This document shows, piece after piece, positions 1 through 11,940 of a stretch of 64,000 bases of DNA. Within the stretch, counting starts at the first letter, position 1. Each line of letters starts with the position of its first letter. Under the pieces are notes generated by a model, which saw only the letters and a list, made by a program, of their open reading frames with translations, had not been told where the DNA came from and made no database searches. Both the position numbers and the translations under genes were made by a program. This stretch comes from an uncultured Actinomycetota bacterium (GTDB taxonomy: Bacteria; Actinomycetota; Actinomycetes; JAHEKZ01). Where the stretch lies: contig CAVQYR010000002.1 in NCBI GenBank assembly GCA_963718235.1, forward strand, positions 800,001 through 864,000. Reading direction: 5' to 3'.

Positions 1-308
1 CCTGCGCGCCCATCGTGAGGAGTCGGTCGTGGTCACCGGAGCCGACGAGGTCGTCGAGGAGCTCGGCCCCCTGGGCAGCTTGGCCCCGGAGCCTCAGGCT
101 GGCCACCTCGCCGTCCGACGGGCTCGCTCCGCAGGTCGCGGCCACGCTCGAGGCCCTTCCGGTCCGTCGGGGGGTGCCCATCGAGCGCCTGGCCCGCACG
201 GCAGGTGTGCCCGCTGACGCGGCGGCCCGAGCCCTGGACCAGCTGAGGCTGCTAGGTCTGGCACTCGTCGACGACGGCCGCTGGCGGCTGGCCGAACGGC
301 CGGAGTGA
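1..308 (+). CDS. dprA: DNA-processing protein DprA, C-terminal winged-helix part (partial; reading frame looks disrupted near 110)
   Basis: LVTGADEVVEELGP-like DprA end in the 29..217 frame, then a wHTH-like tail (LARTAGVP...LDQLRLLGL...DGRWRL) in the 15..308 frame; canonical position upstream of xerC. Confidence 0.7.
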   Translation, partial: CAPIVRSRSWSPEPTRSSRSSAPWAAWPRSLRLATSPSDGLAPQVAATLEALPVRRGVPIERLARTAGVPADAAARALDQLRLLGLALVDDGRWRLAERPE

Positions 309-378
309 CCGACGACCGGGCGGGCTCGGCCTGGCGAGCCCTCTTGATTGTGCGGCCTGCCGGACGCACCGTGGGGCG

Positions 379-1347
379 GTGACCTCACCCACCGCCTCCG
401 CCGCACCGGGAGGGGGACCGGGGAGCGGGGCTGAGCCGGCGCCGGCGCTGCAGGCTCTGCTCGGTCCCTTCGAGCGAGCGCTGCGGGTCGAACGGGGCCT
501 TGCGGCTCGCACGGTCACGGCCTACGTCAGCGACGTCGGCGGGTTGGTCGAGCACGCCGAGCGGCTCGGCGTGACGACGCCGGCCGAGCTGGACCTGGCT
601 GTCCTGCGCAGCTGGCTGGCCCTGCAGAGCACCCGGGGCAAGGCGCGGACGACCCTGGCCCGACGCACCTCCGCCGCACGGGCGTTCACCGGCTACCTCG
701 TGTCGCACGGGCTGGCCCCCGTCGACGCCGCGGCTCGGCTGGCCCGGCCGAAGGCGCACCGCCCGCTGCCCGCCGTGCTGCGCCACGACCAGGTGAACCG
801 GCTCCTGGACGCCTCGACTGAGCGGGCGGCTGACGGCGCTGCGGCGACGCTGCGGGACCTCGCGGTGCTGGAGCTTCTCTACGCGACGGGGATCCGGGTC
901 GGAGAGCTGGTCGGTCTGGACGTCGACGACGTGGACCACGAACGACAGGCGGTCCGGGTGCTGGGCAAGGGGGCCAAGGAGCGTTCGGTACCGATGGGGG
1001 TGCCGGCCCGGAGGTCTCTGGACGCCTGGCTGGAGCGGGGGCGGCCGCAGTGGGCCCGACCGGGCAGCGGGCCCGCGCTGTTCCTCGGGGCGAGGGGGGG
1101 ACGGCTCGACCAGCGAGCGGTCCGTACGCTGGTCCACCGGCACCTGGCCGAGGTCCCCGATGTGGCCGACCTCGGACCGCACGGCCTGCGGCACACCGCC
1201 GCGACGCACCTGCTCGAGGGTGGAGCCGACCTGCGTTCCGTCCAAGAGCTCCTCGGTCACGCTACGCTCGCGACCACCCAGATCTACACGCACGTGTCCG
1301 TTGACCGACTGAAGAGGGCGTATGACCAAGCGCACCCCCGCGCGTGA
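379..1347 (+). CDS. xerC: Tyrosine recombinase XerC
   Basis: [53 protein letters not shown] end; dprA-xerC synteny. Confidence 0.95.
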   Translation: MTSPTASAAPGGGPGSGAEPAPALQALLGPFERALRVERGLAARTVTAYVSDVGGLVEHAERLGVTTPAELDLAVLRSWLALQSTRGKARTTLARRTSAARAFTGYLVSHGLAPVDAAARLARPKAHRPLPAVLRHDQVNRLLDASTERAADGAAATLRDLAVLELLYATGIRVGELVGLDVDDVDHERQAVRVLGKGAKERSVPMGVPARRSLDAWLERGRPQWARPGSGPALFLGARGGRLDQRAVRTLVHRHLAEVPDVADLGPHGLRHTAATHLLEGGADLRSVQELLGHATLATTQIYTHVSVDRLKRAYDQAHPRA

Positions 1348-2182
1348 TGGTGCTGCCGCGTCACCTGCTGCCTCCGTCGAGGTCGACTTCGACGACGAGC
1401 CGGACCAGGCGTCGGCGGCCGACGCGGCGCTGAAGGCGCTGTGGCGGGAGTTCAAGGACACCGCCGAACCCGCCCTGCGGGAGCGGCTGATCCTGCACTA
1501 CTCACCGCTGGTCAAGTACGTGGCCGGTCGGGTGGGGGTCGGGCTGCCGCCCAACATCGAGCAGGCCGACCTCGTCTCCTACGGCATCTTCGGTCTGATT
1601 GACGCGATCGAGAAGTTCGACCTCGAGCGTGCGATCAAGTTCGAGACCTACGCGATCAGCCGGATCCGCGGAGCGATCATCGACGAGCTGCGGGCAATCG
1701 ACTGGATCCCGCGCTCGGTGCGCTACAAGGCGCGCGAGGTCGAGAAGGCCTACGCCTCCTTGGAGGCGTCGCTGCACCGAACTCCGTCGGAGGCCGAGGT
1801 TGCCGCCGAGATGGGGATCGCCCTGTCGGACCTCCACGCGATCTTCAGCCAGGTGTCCTACGTCAACGTCGTCGCCCTGGACGAGCTGCTCGGGGCCGGC
1901 GGTGACAAGGGCGACAAGCTGAGCCTGGTCGACACCTTGGAGGACCACCGGGCCGAGGACCCGGTGGCAGCCTTCGAGTCAGAGGAGACCAAGTACCTTC
2001 TGGCCAAAGCGATCAACCAGCTTCCGGAGCGAGAGAAGATCGTCGTCACCCTCTACTACTACGAAGGGCTCACGCTGGCCGAGATCGGCCAGGTGCTCGG
2101 GGTGACCGAGAGCCGGATCTGCCAGATGCACACCAAGGCGGTGCTCCAGCTGAGGGGCAAGCTGTCCGAACCTCTCGACTGA
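1322..2182 (+). CDS. whiG: RNA polymerase sigma factor WhiG/FliA (sigma-28 family)
   Basis: [67 protein letters not shown]; start uncertain. Confidence 0.93.
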   Translation: MTKRTPARDGAAASPAASVEVDFDDEPDQASAADAALKALWREFKDTAEPALRERLILHYSPLVKYVAGRVGVGLPPNIEQADLVSYGIFGLIDAIEKFDLERAIKFETYAISRIRGAIIDELRAIDWIPRSVRYKAREVEKAYASLEASLHRTPSEAEVAAEMGIALSDLHAIFSQVSYVNVVALDELLGAGGDKGDKLSLVDTLEDHRAEDPVAAFESEETKYLLAKAINQLPEREKIVVTLYYYEGLTLAEIGQVLGVTESRICQMHTKAVLQLRGKLSEPLD

Positions 2183-2746
2183 GCCCAGCGGGAGCAGGGT
2201 CAGCGGGCCACGCAGCAGCAGCCGCGGGTCGAAGTACCGGGTGTCGTCACGCAGCCCCCAGTGCAGGCACGTCCACGGCCCGCAGTGGGGGCTGTAGGCC
2301 AAGGTGCCGAGCACCTCGCCGGCCCTGACGACGTCGCCCACCGAGACCCTTGGCTCGAGCGGCTCGTAGGTGGTGCGCAGCCCGTCACCGAGCCCCACCA
2401 CCACGACGCCCCGCCCGGCGAGCGAGCCAGCGAAGGTGACCGACCCGGCCACGGCGGCGACGACCGGGTCGCCGACGTCGCCGGCCAGGTCGACGCCGCG
2501 GTGACCCGCCTTCCAGGGGTCCTTGGGTGGGTCGAACTCGCGAACCACCACCGGCGGGCTCAGCGGCCAGGTGCCGACCACGGTCTCGGCGGCGGCCGGG
2601 GAGGCCAGCACCACCAGGACGAGCCCGCCCAAGCCGAGCGACGACAGGCTGAGCGTCCGCAGGCACAGCGTCCACAGGCTGAGCGCCCGCGGGCCCACCG
2701 AGACGCGGCGGGACCGAGCAGGGGCACGGGTGCGTCGGGAGGTCAC
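1979..2746 (-). CDS. M23 family metallopeptidase (secreted/membrane)
   Basis: GHRGVDL and CLHWGLR M23 motifs after a hydrophobic N-terminal segment; usual position divergent from rpsB; start uncertain; ORF runs on antisense into whiG. Confidence 0.85.
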   Translation of the reverse strand: MTSRRTRAPARSRRVSVGPRALSLWTLCLRTLSLSSLGLGGLVLVVLASPAAAETVVGTWPLSPPVVVREFDPPKDPWKAGHRGVDLAGDVGDPVVAAVAGSVTFAGSLAGRGVVVVGLGDGLRTTYEPLEPRVSVGDVVRAGEVLGTLAYSPHCGPWTCLHWGLRDDTRYFDPRLLLRGPLTLLPLGSVERFGQLAPQLEHRLGVHLADPALGHPEHLADLGQREPFVVVEGDDDLLSLRKLVDRFGQKVLGLL

Positions 2747-2862
2747 GGCGACACCCTGGCCGACCCGGGCTCGAGGGGTTCGCCTGGCGTGGCCGGCTGG
2801 GGACGGGCGGGCGGACCGCCGCCCTGTGGACGACCGTTTTCGCCACGACGGCGTTCGCCCCG

Positions 2863-3081
2863 TACACTGACCGGGCGCGCCCTCCCGTCCTCGATGGCTG
2901 GGCGTGACATCGCACGTCCGCGCCTCGCGCCTCGGCGCAGGCAGGCCACTCGGTCCACAGCCTGGCTCAACCGCTCGACTGTGGTCGGTCACGTCGGACG
3001 TCAGGCGCCCACCCGACCGTGGTGGGCGAAGAACCGAGAACCGCGTCGGGCTCGCCCGGCGTGGGTGAGGAGCACCCGGCC
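2863..3081 (+). promoter_or_regulatory. rpsB-tsf promoter (-10 TACACT) and long 5' leader, probable S2 autoregulatory leader
   Basis: TACACT at 2863-2868, ~210 nt leader, GAGGAG RBS before ATG 3082; leader function inferred from known rpsB operons. Confidence 0.5.
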
Positions 3082-4128
3082 ATGGCCGTCGTCACCATGA
3101 AGCAGCTGCTCGAGAGCGGCGTCCACTTCGGGCACCAGACCCGTCGCTGGAACCCGAAGATGAAGCGGTTCATCTTCACCGAGCGCAACGGCATCTACAT
3201 CATCGACCTGCAGCAGTCGCTGTCGTACATCGACCGCGCCTACGAGTTCGTCAAGGAGACCGTGGCCCACGGGGGCTCGGTGATGTTCATCGGCACCAAG
3301 AAGCAGGCCCAGGAGGCCATCGCCGAGCAGTCGACCCGGGTCGGGATGCCCTACGTCAACCAGCGGTGGCTGGGCGGCATGCTGACCAACTTCTCCACGG
3401 TGCACAAGCGGCTGCAGCGGCTCAAGGAGCTCGAGCAGATCGACTTCGACGACGTCGCCGCCTCCGGCATGACCAAGAAGGAGCTGCTGGTGCTCCGGCG
3501 TGAGCGGGACAAGCTGGTCAAGACCCTCGGCGGCATCCGTGACATGCAGCGGATCCCGAGCGCGGTGTGGGTCATCGACACCAACAAGGAGCACATCGCC
3601 GTCGAGGAGGCCCGCAAGCTCAACATCCCCGTGGTCGCCATCCTGGACAGCAACTGCGACCCGGACGTCGTGCAGTACCCGATCCCCGGCAACGACGACG
3701 CGATCCGCTCGGTCGCGCTGCTGACCAGGGTCATCGCCGACGCCGTCGCCGACGGCCTGGTCGCCCGGGCCGGCGCGGCCAGTGGCGACGAGAAGCCCGT
3801 GGGTGCCGAGCTCGGCACCGACGAGCCCCTGGCCGAGTGGGAGCGCGAGCTGTTGGGCGCCGCGGAGACGCCGGCCCCCGAGGCACCCGCCGCGGAGGCC
3901 CCGGTCGAGACCCCGGCACCCGAGGCCCCGGCCGCGGAGGCCCCGGTCCGAGGCCCCGGCACCCGAGGCCCCGGCCGAGGCCCCGAGGCCCCGGTCGAGG
4001 CCCCGGCACCTGAGGCCCCGGTCGAGACCCCGGCACCTGAGGCCCCGGTCGAGACCCCGGCACCCGAGGCCCCGGCCGCGGAGGCCCTGGTCGAGACCCC
4101 GGCCGAGGCTGTCGAGCCCCAGGCCTGA
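3082..4128 (+). CDS. rpsB: 30S ribosomal protein S2 with long Glu/Ala/Pro-rich C-terminal repeat tail
   Basis: [38 protein letters not shown]. Confidence 0.98.
   Translation: MAVVTMKQLLESGVHFGHQTRRWNPKMKRFIFTERNGIYIIDLQQSLSYIDRAYEFVKETVAHGGSVMFIGTKKQAQEAIAEQSTRVGMPYVNQRWLGGMLTNFSTVHKRLQRLKELEQIDFDDVAASGMTKKELLVLRRERDKLVKTLGGIRDMQRIPSAVWVIDTNKEHIAVEEARKLNIPVVAILDSNCDPDVVQYPIPGNDDAIRSVALLTRVIADAVADGLVARAGAASGDEKPVGAELGTDEPLAEWERELLGAAETPAPEAPAAEAPVETPAPEAPAAEAPVRGPGTRGPGRGPEAPVEAPAPEAPVETPAPEAPVETPAPEAPAAEALVETPAEAVEPQA
3859..4120 (+). repeat. Imperfect tandem repeat (27/42-nt units, EAPVETPAP / EAPAA) in rpsB 3' end
   Basis: Recurrent GAGGCCCCGGTCGAGACCCCGGCACC units. Confidence 0.9.
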
Positions 4129-4173
4129 CCTGTTTCCGTCGCACCACGAACCCAAGAAAGGGCTGCCACCCCC

Positions 4174-5795
<1,622 letters not shown>

Positions 5796-5829
5796 CGCCC
5801 GACCCGCTCACCCCGAAACAGGAGCTGCC

Positions 5830-6399
5830 GTGACTTCCGACACCATCGCCGAGAACCTGCGTGAGGCCGAGCAGAAGATGGGCAAGGCTGTGGCGGTGGC
5901 CAAGGAGGACTTCGCGTCCATCCGTACGGGGCGGGCCAACCCCGCGATGTTCAACAAGATCCTGGCCGACTACTACGGCACCCCGACCCCGGTGAACCAG
6001 CTGGCGTCGTTCCACTCGCTCGAGGCGTCACTCATGGTGATCACCCCCTACGACAAGGGCGCACTGTCGGCGATCGAGCGGGCGATCCGGGACAGCGACC
6101 TCGGGGTGAACCCGGTCGACGACGGTGTCGTGATCCGGGTGGCGTTCCCCTCGCTGACCGAGGAGCGTCGACGCGACTACATCAAGGTCGCCCGCACCAA
6201 GGCCGAGGACGCCAAGATCTCGATCCGCAACATCCGCCGGCACAGCAAGGACCACCTGGACAAGCTGTCGAAGGACGGCGACGCCAGCGAGGACGACGTA
6301 CGCCGCGCCGAGAAGCAGCTCGACGACCTGACGCACAAGTACACCGGCCAGGTCGACGACGTCCTCAAGCACAAAGAGGCCGAGCTGCTCGAGGTCTGA
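5830..6399 (+). CDS. frr: Ribosome recycling factor
   Basis: [27 protein letters not shown]; GTG start after AGGAG. Confidence 0.97.
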   Translation: MTSDTIAENLREAEQKMGKAVAVAKEDFASIRTGRANPAMFNKILADYYGTPTPVNQLASFHSLEASLMVITPYDKGALSAIERAIRDSDLGVNPVDDGVVIRVAFPSLTEERRRDYIKVARTKAEDAKISIRNIRRHSKDHLDKLSKDGDASEDDVRRAEKQLDDLTHKYTGQVDDVLKHKEAELLEV

Positions 6400-6403
6400 G
6401 GTC

Positions 6404-7267
6404 GTGTCCGCCCCCGAACCTGACGAGAGCCCGTCGGTCGCGACGTCTGTTCCCGGCCCCCCGGTCGGGCGGGCCGGGCGCAACCTCCCGGTCGCGGTCG
6501 GGGTGGGCGTCCTGCTCGCCGTCCTGGTGCTGCTGAGCCTCTACACGTACAAGTGGCTGTTCGTCGTCGTGGTGGTGGCTGCGATCGCGATCGCGGTGTA
6601 CGAGCTGGCCACGGCGGTGCGGTCCGCTGACGTCGTGGTGCCTTTGCTGCCGATGGTCGCCGCGAGTGCGGTCATGCTCGTCGCGGCCTACCTGGACGGT
6701 GCGGACACGCTGGCTGTCGCCTATGTCCTGACCCTGGTGCTTGTCGTGCTGGCCCGGCTCGTGCTCGGGCACCAGCGGCTGGTGCGGGACACCGTCGTCG
6801 CAGTGTTCGTGGTCACGTACGTGGCGCTGCTCGCGTCGTTCGCGATGCTGATGCTCGCCGAGCCGGACGGGCCCGACCGGATCGTGGTCTTCATCCTCGC
6901 GGTCGTGGCCAGCGACACCGGCGGCTACGCGGTCGGCGTCCTCACCGGTCGCCACCCCATGGCGCCGAGGGTGAGTCCGAAGAAGTCGTGGGAGGGGCTG
7001 GGCGGGTCCTTCCTGTTCGCCGCTGTCGCGTCCTCGCTCGCGTTCGCCGTGCTCTTGGACGCGTCCTGGTGGCGCGGTGCGTTGTTCGGCTGCGTGGTCG
7101 TGGTGACGGCCACCCTCGGCGACCTCGGCGAGTCGCTGATCAAGCGTGACCTCGGGGTGAAGGACATGAGCCGGCTCCTGCCCGAGCACGGGGGGCTGAT
7201 GGACCGGCTCGACTCGCTGCTGCCTACCGCCCCCGTGGCGGCGGTCCTGCTCCTCGCCCTGGTGTGA
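6404..7267 (+). CDS. cdsA: Phosphatidate cytidylyltransferase
   Basis: SPKKSWEG, GDLGESLIKRDLGVKDMSRLLPEHGGLMDRLDS. Confidence 0.96.
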   Translation: MSAPEPDESPSVATSVPGPPVGRAGRNLPVAVGVGVLLAVLVLLSLYTYKWLFVVVVVAAIAIAVYELATAVRSADVVVPLLPMVAASAVMLVAAYLDGADTLAVAYVLTLVLVVLARLVLGHQRLVRDTVVAVFVVTYVALLASFAMLMLAEPDGPDRIVVFILAVVASDTGGYAVGVLTGRHPMAPRVSPKKSWEGLGGSFLFAAVASSLAFAVLLDASWWRGALFGCVVVVTATLGDLGESLIKRDLGVKDMSRLLPEHGGLMDRLDSLLPTAPVAAVLLLALV

Positions 7268-7325
7268 TCCAGCCGGTGCTGGTGGTCGTGGGTCGGGGCG
7301 TCGCGCGGTGCGACAGAATGACTCC

Positions 7326-7946
7326 ATGACACTGGCCGCGAAGGCTCCGGAGGAGCGGCGACGCCGGATCCTGCGCGCAGCCGTCGACGTGGTGCGCGAC
7401 CGTGGCTTCGCGGGAACCCGGGTCGCTGACATCGCGGCCGCCGCCGGGACCAGCCCCGCCCTGGTGCTGTACCACTTCAGCAGCCTCAACGACGTGCTCC
7501 TCGAGGCGCTGACCATGACCGACGAGGAGTTCTACGACGACCTCGGCGGCGCGAGCGGCGACCCGCGCGACCGGTTGGCCCGGATGGCGACCCTGGCGGC
7601 GGGGGGCGGGCCGGGGTTCGGCGACTGGCAGCTGTACCTCGAGGTCTGGGTGCGGGCCCGGCACGACGAGCGGATCGACGCCGTCCGCCAGGAGCTCGAC
7701 GCGCGGTGGCGCGAGGCCCTGGTCGAGACGGTCGAGGCCGGCGTGGCAGAGGGCCTGTTCGACAGCCCTTCGCCCACCGACGCGGCCCTGCGCCTGTCCT
7801 CGCTCATGGACGGGCTGGCCGTCCAGGTCGTGCTCGGCGACCCCGGAGTGACCTCCGAGCGCATGGTCGAGCTGTGGCTTGCCGGGGCGGCCCGGGAGCT
7901 GTCGACCGACGCCGCCGACCTGCTGGCCCGCACCCAGGCGCTGTGA
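7326..7946 (+). CDS. TetR/BetI-type transcriptional regulator
   Basis: N-terminal HTH ([21 protein letters not shown]), C-terminal [11 protein letters not shown]. Confidence 0.9.
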   Translation: MTLAAKAPEERRRRILRAAVDVVRDRGFAGTRVADIAAAAGTSPALVLYHFSSLNDVLLEALTMTDEEFYDDLGGASGDPRDRLARMATLAAGGGPGFGDWQLYLEVWVRARHDERIDAVRQELDARWREALVETVEAGVAEGLFDSPSPTDAALRLSSLMDGLAVQVVLGDPGVTSERMVELWLAGAARELSTDAADLLARTQAL

Positions 7947-9049
7947 TGCCCCAGCCCGGTGAGCTGACGTTCACCGCGCCCCGACGGGGCAAGCCGCCGC
8001 GACACCTCGCCGACCTCGACCGACCGGCGCGGCGGGCAGCGCTCACCGAGCTCGGTGAGCCGGCCTACCGGGCCGACCAGCTGTCCCGGCACTACTTCGA
8101 GCGCCACGTCGTCGACCCGGCCGAGATGACCGATCTCCCGGCGTCGACCCGGGCCGACCTGGTCGCGGAGGTGCTGCCGCCCCTGCTGACCCCGGTCGGC
8201 GAGCAGACGTGCGACCGTGGGACCACCGTGAAGAGCCTGTGGCGGTTGTTCGACGGGGCGCTCGTGGAGAGCGTGCTGATGCGCTACCCGGGTCGGGCGA
8301 CGGTCTGCCTGTCGTCCCAGGCCGGCTGCGGGATGAACTGCCCGTTCTGCGCCACCGGCCAGGCTGGCCTGACCCGCAACCTGTCCACGGCGGAGATCGT
8401 CGACCAGGCGGTGTCGGCGGCCCGCCTGATCGAGTCCGGCGCCGTGGCCGGGGGGCCTGGTCGGTTGTCCAACGTCGTGTTCATGGGCATGGGCGAGCCG
8501 TTGGCCAACTACCGCGCCGTCGTCGACGCCGTCCGGCGGCTGACCGACCCGGCGCCGGCCGGCCTCGGCCTGTCCCAGCGCTCGGTCACGCTGTCGACGG
8601 TGGGACTGGTCCCCGCGATGCGGCGGCTCCTGGACGAGGACCTCTCGGTCACCCTGGCGTTGTCCCTGCACGCCCCCGACGACGAGCTGCGGGACACCCT
8701 CGTGCCGGTCAACACCCGTTGGCCGGTGACCGAGGTGCTCGCCGCCGCGTTCGACTACGTCGACCGTACCGGGCGCCGCCTGTCGATCGAGTACGCGCTG
8801 ATCCGCGACATCAACGACCAAGCCTGGCGGGCCGATCGCCTGGGTGCGCTCCTCGCCGGTCGGCTCGCGCACGTCAACCTCATCCCGCTCAACCCGACGC
8901 CGGGGTCGAGGTGGACGGCGTCTCGACCGCAGGACGAGCAGGAGTTCGTCCGCCGGATCGAGGCCCACGGCGTGCCGGTCACCGTGCGGGACACCCGTGG
9001 ACGCGAGATCGACGGGGCCTGCGGCCAGCTGGCCGCCACGGTCGACTGA
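7946..9049 (+). CDS. rlmN: 23S rRNA m2A2503 methyltransferase RlmN (radical SAM)
   Basis: [34 protein letters not shown]; TGATG coupling to the TetR gene. Confidence 0.97.
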   Translation: MPQPGELTFTAPRRGKPPRHLADLDRPARRAALTELGEPAYRADQLSRHYFERHVVDPAEMTDLPASTRADLVAEVLPPLLTPVGEQTCDRGTTVKSLWRLFDGALVESVLMRYPGRATVCLSSQAGCGMNCPFCATGQAGLTRNLSTAEIVDQAVSAARLIESGAVAGGPGRLSNVVFMGMGEPLANYRAVVDAVRRLTDPAPAGLGLSQRSVTLSTVGLVPAMRRLLDEDLSVTLALSLHAPDDELRDTLVPVNTRWPVTEVLAAAFDYVDRTGRRLSIEYALIRDINDQAWRADRLGALLAGRLAHVNLIPLNPTPGSRWTASRPQDEQEFVRRIEAHGVPVTVRDTRGREIDGACGQLAATVD

Positions 9050-9097
9050 TCCGGCACGGCGACACCACCACCGGGATGCGCCGAGTCGGGCGCGTGA

Positions 9098-9691
9098 GTG
9101 TGCGAGGGTTCTGCCGTGTCCGTGACGTCCACGCTCGCCACTGCCTCGCGACGCGAGAAGGCTCGCGCCGTCGCCATGAGCCTCGTCCGCACGGGGCTCA
9201 CGGTCGGGGCCATCTTCTGGGTCTACGCCGCCACGCCGCGTGCCGCGGCTGGTGAGGAGGTCAAACAGGGTGCTCCGCTGCTGCTCGTCGCACTCGCGGT
9301 CTTCTTGGCCGTGTTCACCTGGCAGCTGCGCCGCATCCGGCGGTCCCGTCACCCCGGACTGCGTGCCGCCGAGGCGGGAGTGTCCAGTCTCGCCGTGTTC
9401 CTCGTCGGTTTCGCGATCGTCTACCTGTCCTGGTCCAGCGTCTACCCGAACGACTTCAGCGAGCCGCTGCAGCACGTGACGGCGATGTACTTCACGGTCA
9501 CCGTCTTCGCCACCGTGGGGTTCGGCGACATCACCCCGACCGCTGACCCGACCCGGATCATCACCTCGGTCCAGATGCTGCTGGACCTCGTCTTCATCGG
9601 CGCCCTGGTCAAGGTGCTCTTCCAGGTCGCCCAGAACGCCACGGCGGACCGGGAGCAGACCGAGGTCCCACCCCCTAGCATCGAGCCATGA
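9098..9691 (+). CDS. Small potassium channel family protein (ion_trans_2)
   Basis: YFTVTVFATVGFGDITP selectivity-filter motif; 4 hydrophobic segments; start may be 9116. Confidence 0.85.
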   Translation: MCEGSAVSVTSTLATASRREKARAVAMSLVRTGLTVGAIFWVYAATPRAAAGEEVKQGAPLLLVALAVFLAVFTWQLRRIRRSRHPGLRAAEAGVSSLAVFLVGFAIVYLSWSSVYPNDFSEPLQHVTAMYFTVTVFATVGFGDITPTADPTRIITSVQMLLDLVFIGALVKVLFQVAQNATADREQTEVPPPSIEP

Positions 9692-9855
9692 GCACCGTGG
9701 TGCCCCTGCTGCTCGGCATGGCCGCGCTCGTCCTTGCCCTGGGCGTGGTCGTGGGTGCGGTCACCGGCCGCGCCAAGGTCCGCTCGTGCTGCGCCGTCCC
9801 GGCCGACCGCGACCTGCGGCTGCGCGACGCCTCGCGTACCGGAGAAATAGTTTAG
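9688..9855 (+). CDS. Small single-TM protein, 55 aa, with Cys-Cys motif (not in ORF track)
   Basis: ATGA overlap with channel stop; MSTVVPLLLGMAALVLALGVVVGAVTGRAKVRSCCAVPADRDLRLRDASRTGEIV; GC3-rich codons. Confidence 0.65.
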   Translation: MSTVVPLLLGMAALVLALGVVVGAVTGRAKVRSCCAVPADRDLRLRDASRTGEIV

Positions 9856-9877
9856 CGTTGAACGATGTTGGACGGGC

Positions 9878-10702
9878 ATGGATCCTGAGTCCCAGTCCCA
9901 GTCCCAGCCAGGGAGCGTCGGTTCCGCGGGGGCGCGGCTGCCCGCCCTGTTCCTGAGTCACGGAGCCCCGCCCCTCGTCGACGACGACCGCTGGACCGGC
10001 GAGCTGCGCGCCTGGGCGGCTGCGCTGCCGACGCCCCGCGCGATCCTGGTCGTGTCCGCGCACTGGGAGTCCGCCCCGCTGGCGCTGGGTGCCACCCAAC
10101 CCACGCCGCTGACGTACGACTTCTGGGGCTTCGACGCGCGCTTCTACGAGGTGAAGTACCCCGCCCCGGGTGCGCCCGAGCTCGCCGACCGGGTTGAGGC
10201 CCTGATGCCGCGCGACCAGACGGTCGTGCGACAGCCCGCCCGGGGCCTCGACCACGGTGCCTACGTCCCCTTGACCGTGATGTACCCCGACGCCGCGATC
10301 CCCGTGCTGCAGCTGTCGCTGCCGACGCTCGACCCGGCCACCCTGCTGGCGCTGGGGGGCAGGCTGCGCCCGTTGCGCGACGAGGGGGTGCTCATCATGG
10401 GGTCGGGTTTCACCACGCACGGGCTGCCCTACCTGAGCGACTTCCACCCCGACGCCGCGGCCCCTGGGTGGTCCCAGGAGTTCGACGCGTGGACCCAGGA
10501 GTGCCTGTCCGCGGGTGACGTCGACTCGCTCGTCGACTTCCGGGCCCGGGCGCCGGGGATGCCCTACGCGCACCCCAGGATCGAGCACTTCAGCCCCCTG
10601 TTCGTGACCCTGGGTGCCGCCACCGCGCCGGACGCGGCGCCAGAACAGGTGGTCGACGGGTTCTGGATGGGCCTGGCCAAGCGGTCGATCCAGGTCGCCT
10701 GA
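9878..10702 (+). CDS. LigB/DODA-type (class III extradiol) ring-cleavage dioxygenase family protein
   Basis: FLSHGAP, VSAHW, GLDHGAYVPL, GSGFTTH, AHPRIEHF. Confidence 0.9.
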   Translation: MDPESQSQSQPGSVGSAGARLPALFLSHGAPPLVDDDRWTGELRAWAAALPTPRAILVVSAHWESAPLALGATQPTPLTYDFWGFDARFYEVKYPAPGAPELADRVEALMPRDQTVVRQPARGLDHGAYVPLTVMYPDAAIPVLQLSLPTLDPATLLALGGRLRPLRDEGVLIMGSGFTTHGLPYLSDFHPDAAAPGWSQEFDAWTQECLSAGDVDSLVDFRARAPGMPYAHPRIEHFSPLFVTLGAATAPDAAPEQVVDGFWMGLAKRSIQVA

Positions 10703-10728
10703 CTCCGTCCCACCAGGGCCGACGTCGG

Positions 10729-10740
10729 ATTGGATACAAT
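10729..10740. promoter_or_regulatory. Probable GntR operator ATTGGATACAAT
   Basis: Near-palindrome upstream of CoA-transferase; matches ATTGGATCCAAT at 13794-13805. Confidence 0.6.
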
Positions 10741-10773
10741 CTCCGAATCACTGGCACCTGATCGGGGACCCGC

Positions 10774-11940
10774 ATGACGCTCGCACCGCCCGGTGCTCTG
10801 GACGGCATCGTCGTCGCCGACTTCTCCCGGGTGCTGGCCGGCCCCTACGCCACGATGCTCCTGGCCGACCTGGGTGCCGACGTGATCAAGGTGGAGCGGC
10901 CCGGGGCGGGTGACGACACCCGCGCCTGGGGCCCGCCCTGGCACGACGACCAGGCCACGTACTTCCTGTCGGTCAACCGCAACAAGCGCTCGGCGACCCT
11001 CGACCTGCGTGACCCGGCCGGCTTGCTCGCCGCACGCACCCTCGCCCGGCGTGCTGACGTGCTCGTCGAGAACTTCAAGCCCGGCGCGTTCGACGCCATG
11101 GGGCTGGGCTATGACGACCTGAGGGTGGACAACCCCGGACTCGTCTACGCCTCGATCACCGGCTTCGGAACGGCCGGGGGCGCCGACCTCCCCGGGTACG
11201 ACCTGCTCGTCCAGGCCGTGGGGGGCCTGATGTCGATCACCGGCTCCCGCCCCGACGAGCCGGTGAAGGTCGGGGTCGCCCTGGTCGACGTCGTCACCGG
11301 GCTGCACGCCGCCGTCGGCATCCTGGCCGCGCTGCGGCACCGCGAGCGGACCGGTCACGGGCAACGGGTCGAGGTCAACCTTCTGTCGTCGCTGCTGTCG
11401 GCCCTCGTCAACCAGTCCTCCGCCTACGCCGCTGCCGGCTCGGTGCCGGCGATCATGGGCAACCGCCACCCGAGCATCGCTCCGTACGAGTCCTACCCCA
11501 CGGCCGACAAGCCGTTCGTGATCGCGGTCGGCAACGACGGGCAGTTCCGCCGGGCGATGAAGGTGCTCGGCCTGAGCGGGCTGGCCGACGACGAGCGCTA
11601 CGCCACGAACCCGCAGCGGGTGGCCCACCGCGACGCACTGCACGACCTGATGTGCGCGCGGCTGCGCACGCGGGGCGCTGACGAGTGGTTCGCGGCGCTG
11701 AGCGCGGTGGGCGTGCCCTGCGGCCCGATCAACGACCTGGCGGGCGCGTTCGACCTGGCCGCCCAGCTGGGCCTGGCCCCGGTGGCCGACGCCGACGGAG
11801 TCCCGACGGTGGCCAACCCGCTGACCCTCAGCGAGACGCCACCGTCCTACCGTCGACGTCCCCCTCGGCTGGGCGGGGCCACCGACGACGTGCTGGCCGA
11901 GCTCGGCCTGTCCGACACCGGGTCGGGGGTGCCAGCGTGA
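10774..11940 (+). CDS. CaiB/BaiF family III CoA-transferase
   Basis: DFSRVLAGPYATMLLADLGADVIKVE, NRNKRS, ENFKPG, GYD. Confidence 0.95.
   Translation: MTLAPPGALDGIVVADFSRVLAGPYATMLLADLGADVIKVERPGAGDDTRAWGPPWHDDQATYFLSVNRNKRSATLDLRDPAGLLAARTLARRADVLVENFKPGAFDAMGLGYDDLRVDNPGLVYASITGFGTAGGADLPGYDLLVQAVGGLMSITGSRPDEPVKVGVALVDVVTGLHAAVGILAALRHRERTGHGQRVEVNLLSSLLSALVNQSSAYAAAGSVPAIMGNRHPSIAPYESYPTADKPFVIAVGNDGQFRRAMKVLGLSGLADDERYATNPQRVAHRDALHDLMCARLRTRGADEWFAALSAVGVPCGPINDLAGAFDLAAQLGLAPVADADGVPTVANPLTLSETPPSYRRRPPRLGGATDDVLAELGLSDTGSGVPA

Noticed and set aside
379-1347. Tyrosine recombinase as integrase of a mobile element
   Set aside because: Housekeeping XerC in its usual dprA-xerC context; no att sites, phage or transposase genes in the window.
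3859-4120. Repeat array as CRISPR
   Set aside because: No unique spacers, lies in-frame within rpsB, and no cas genes present.
9887-9910. CCCAGT hexamer repeat at the dioxygenase N-terminus (SQSQSQ) and 15-nt repeats in the M23 leader (2646-2690)
   Set aside because: Short in-frame low-complexity repeats; length changes would not shift frame, so no phase-variation signal.
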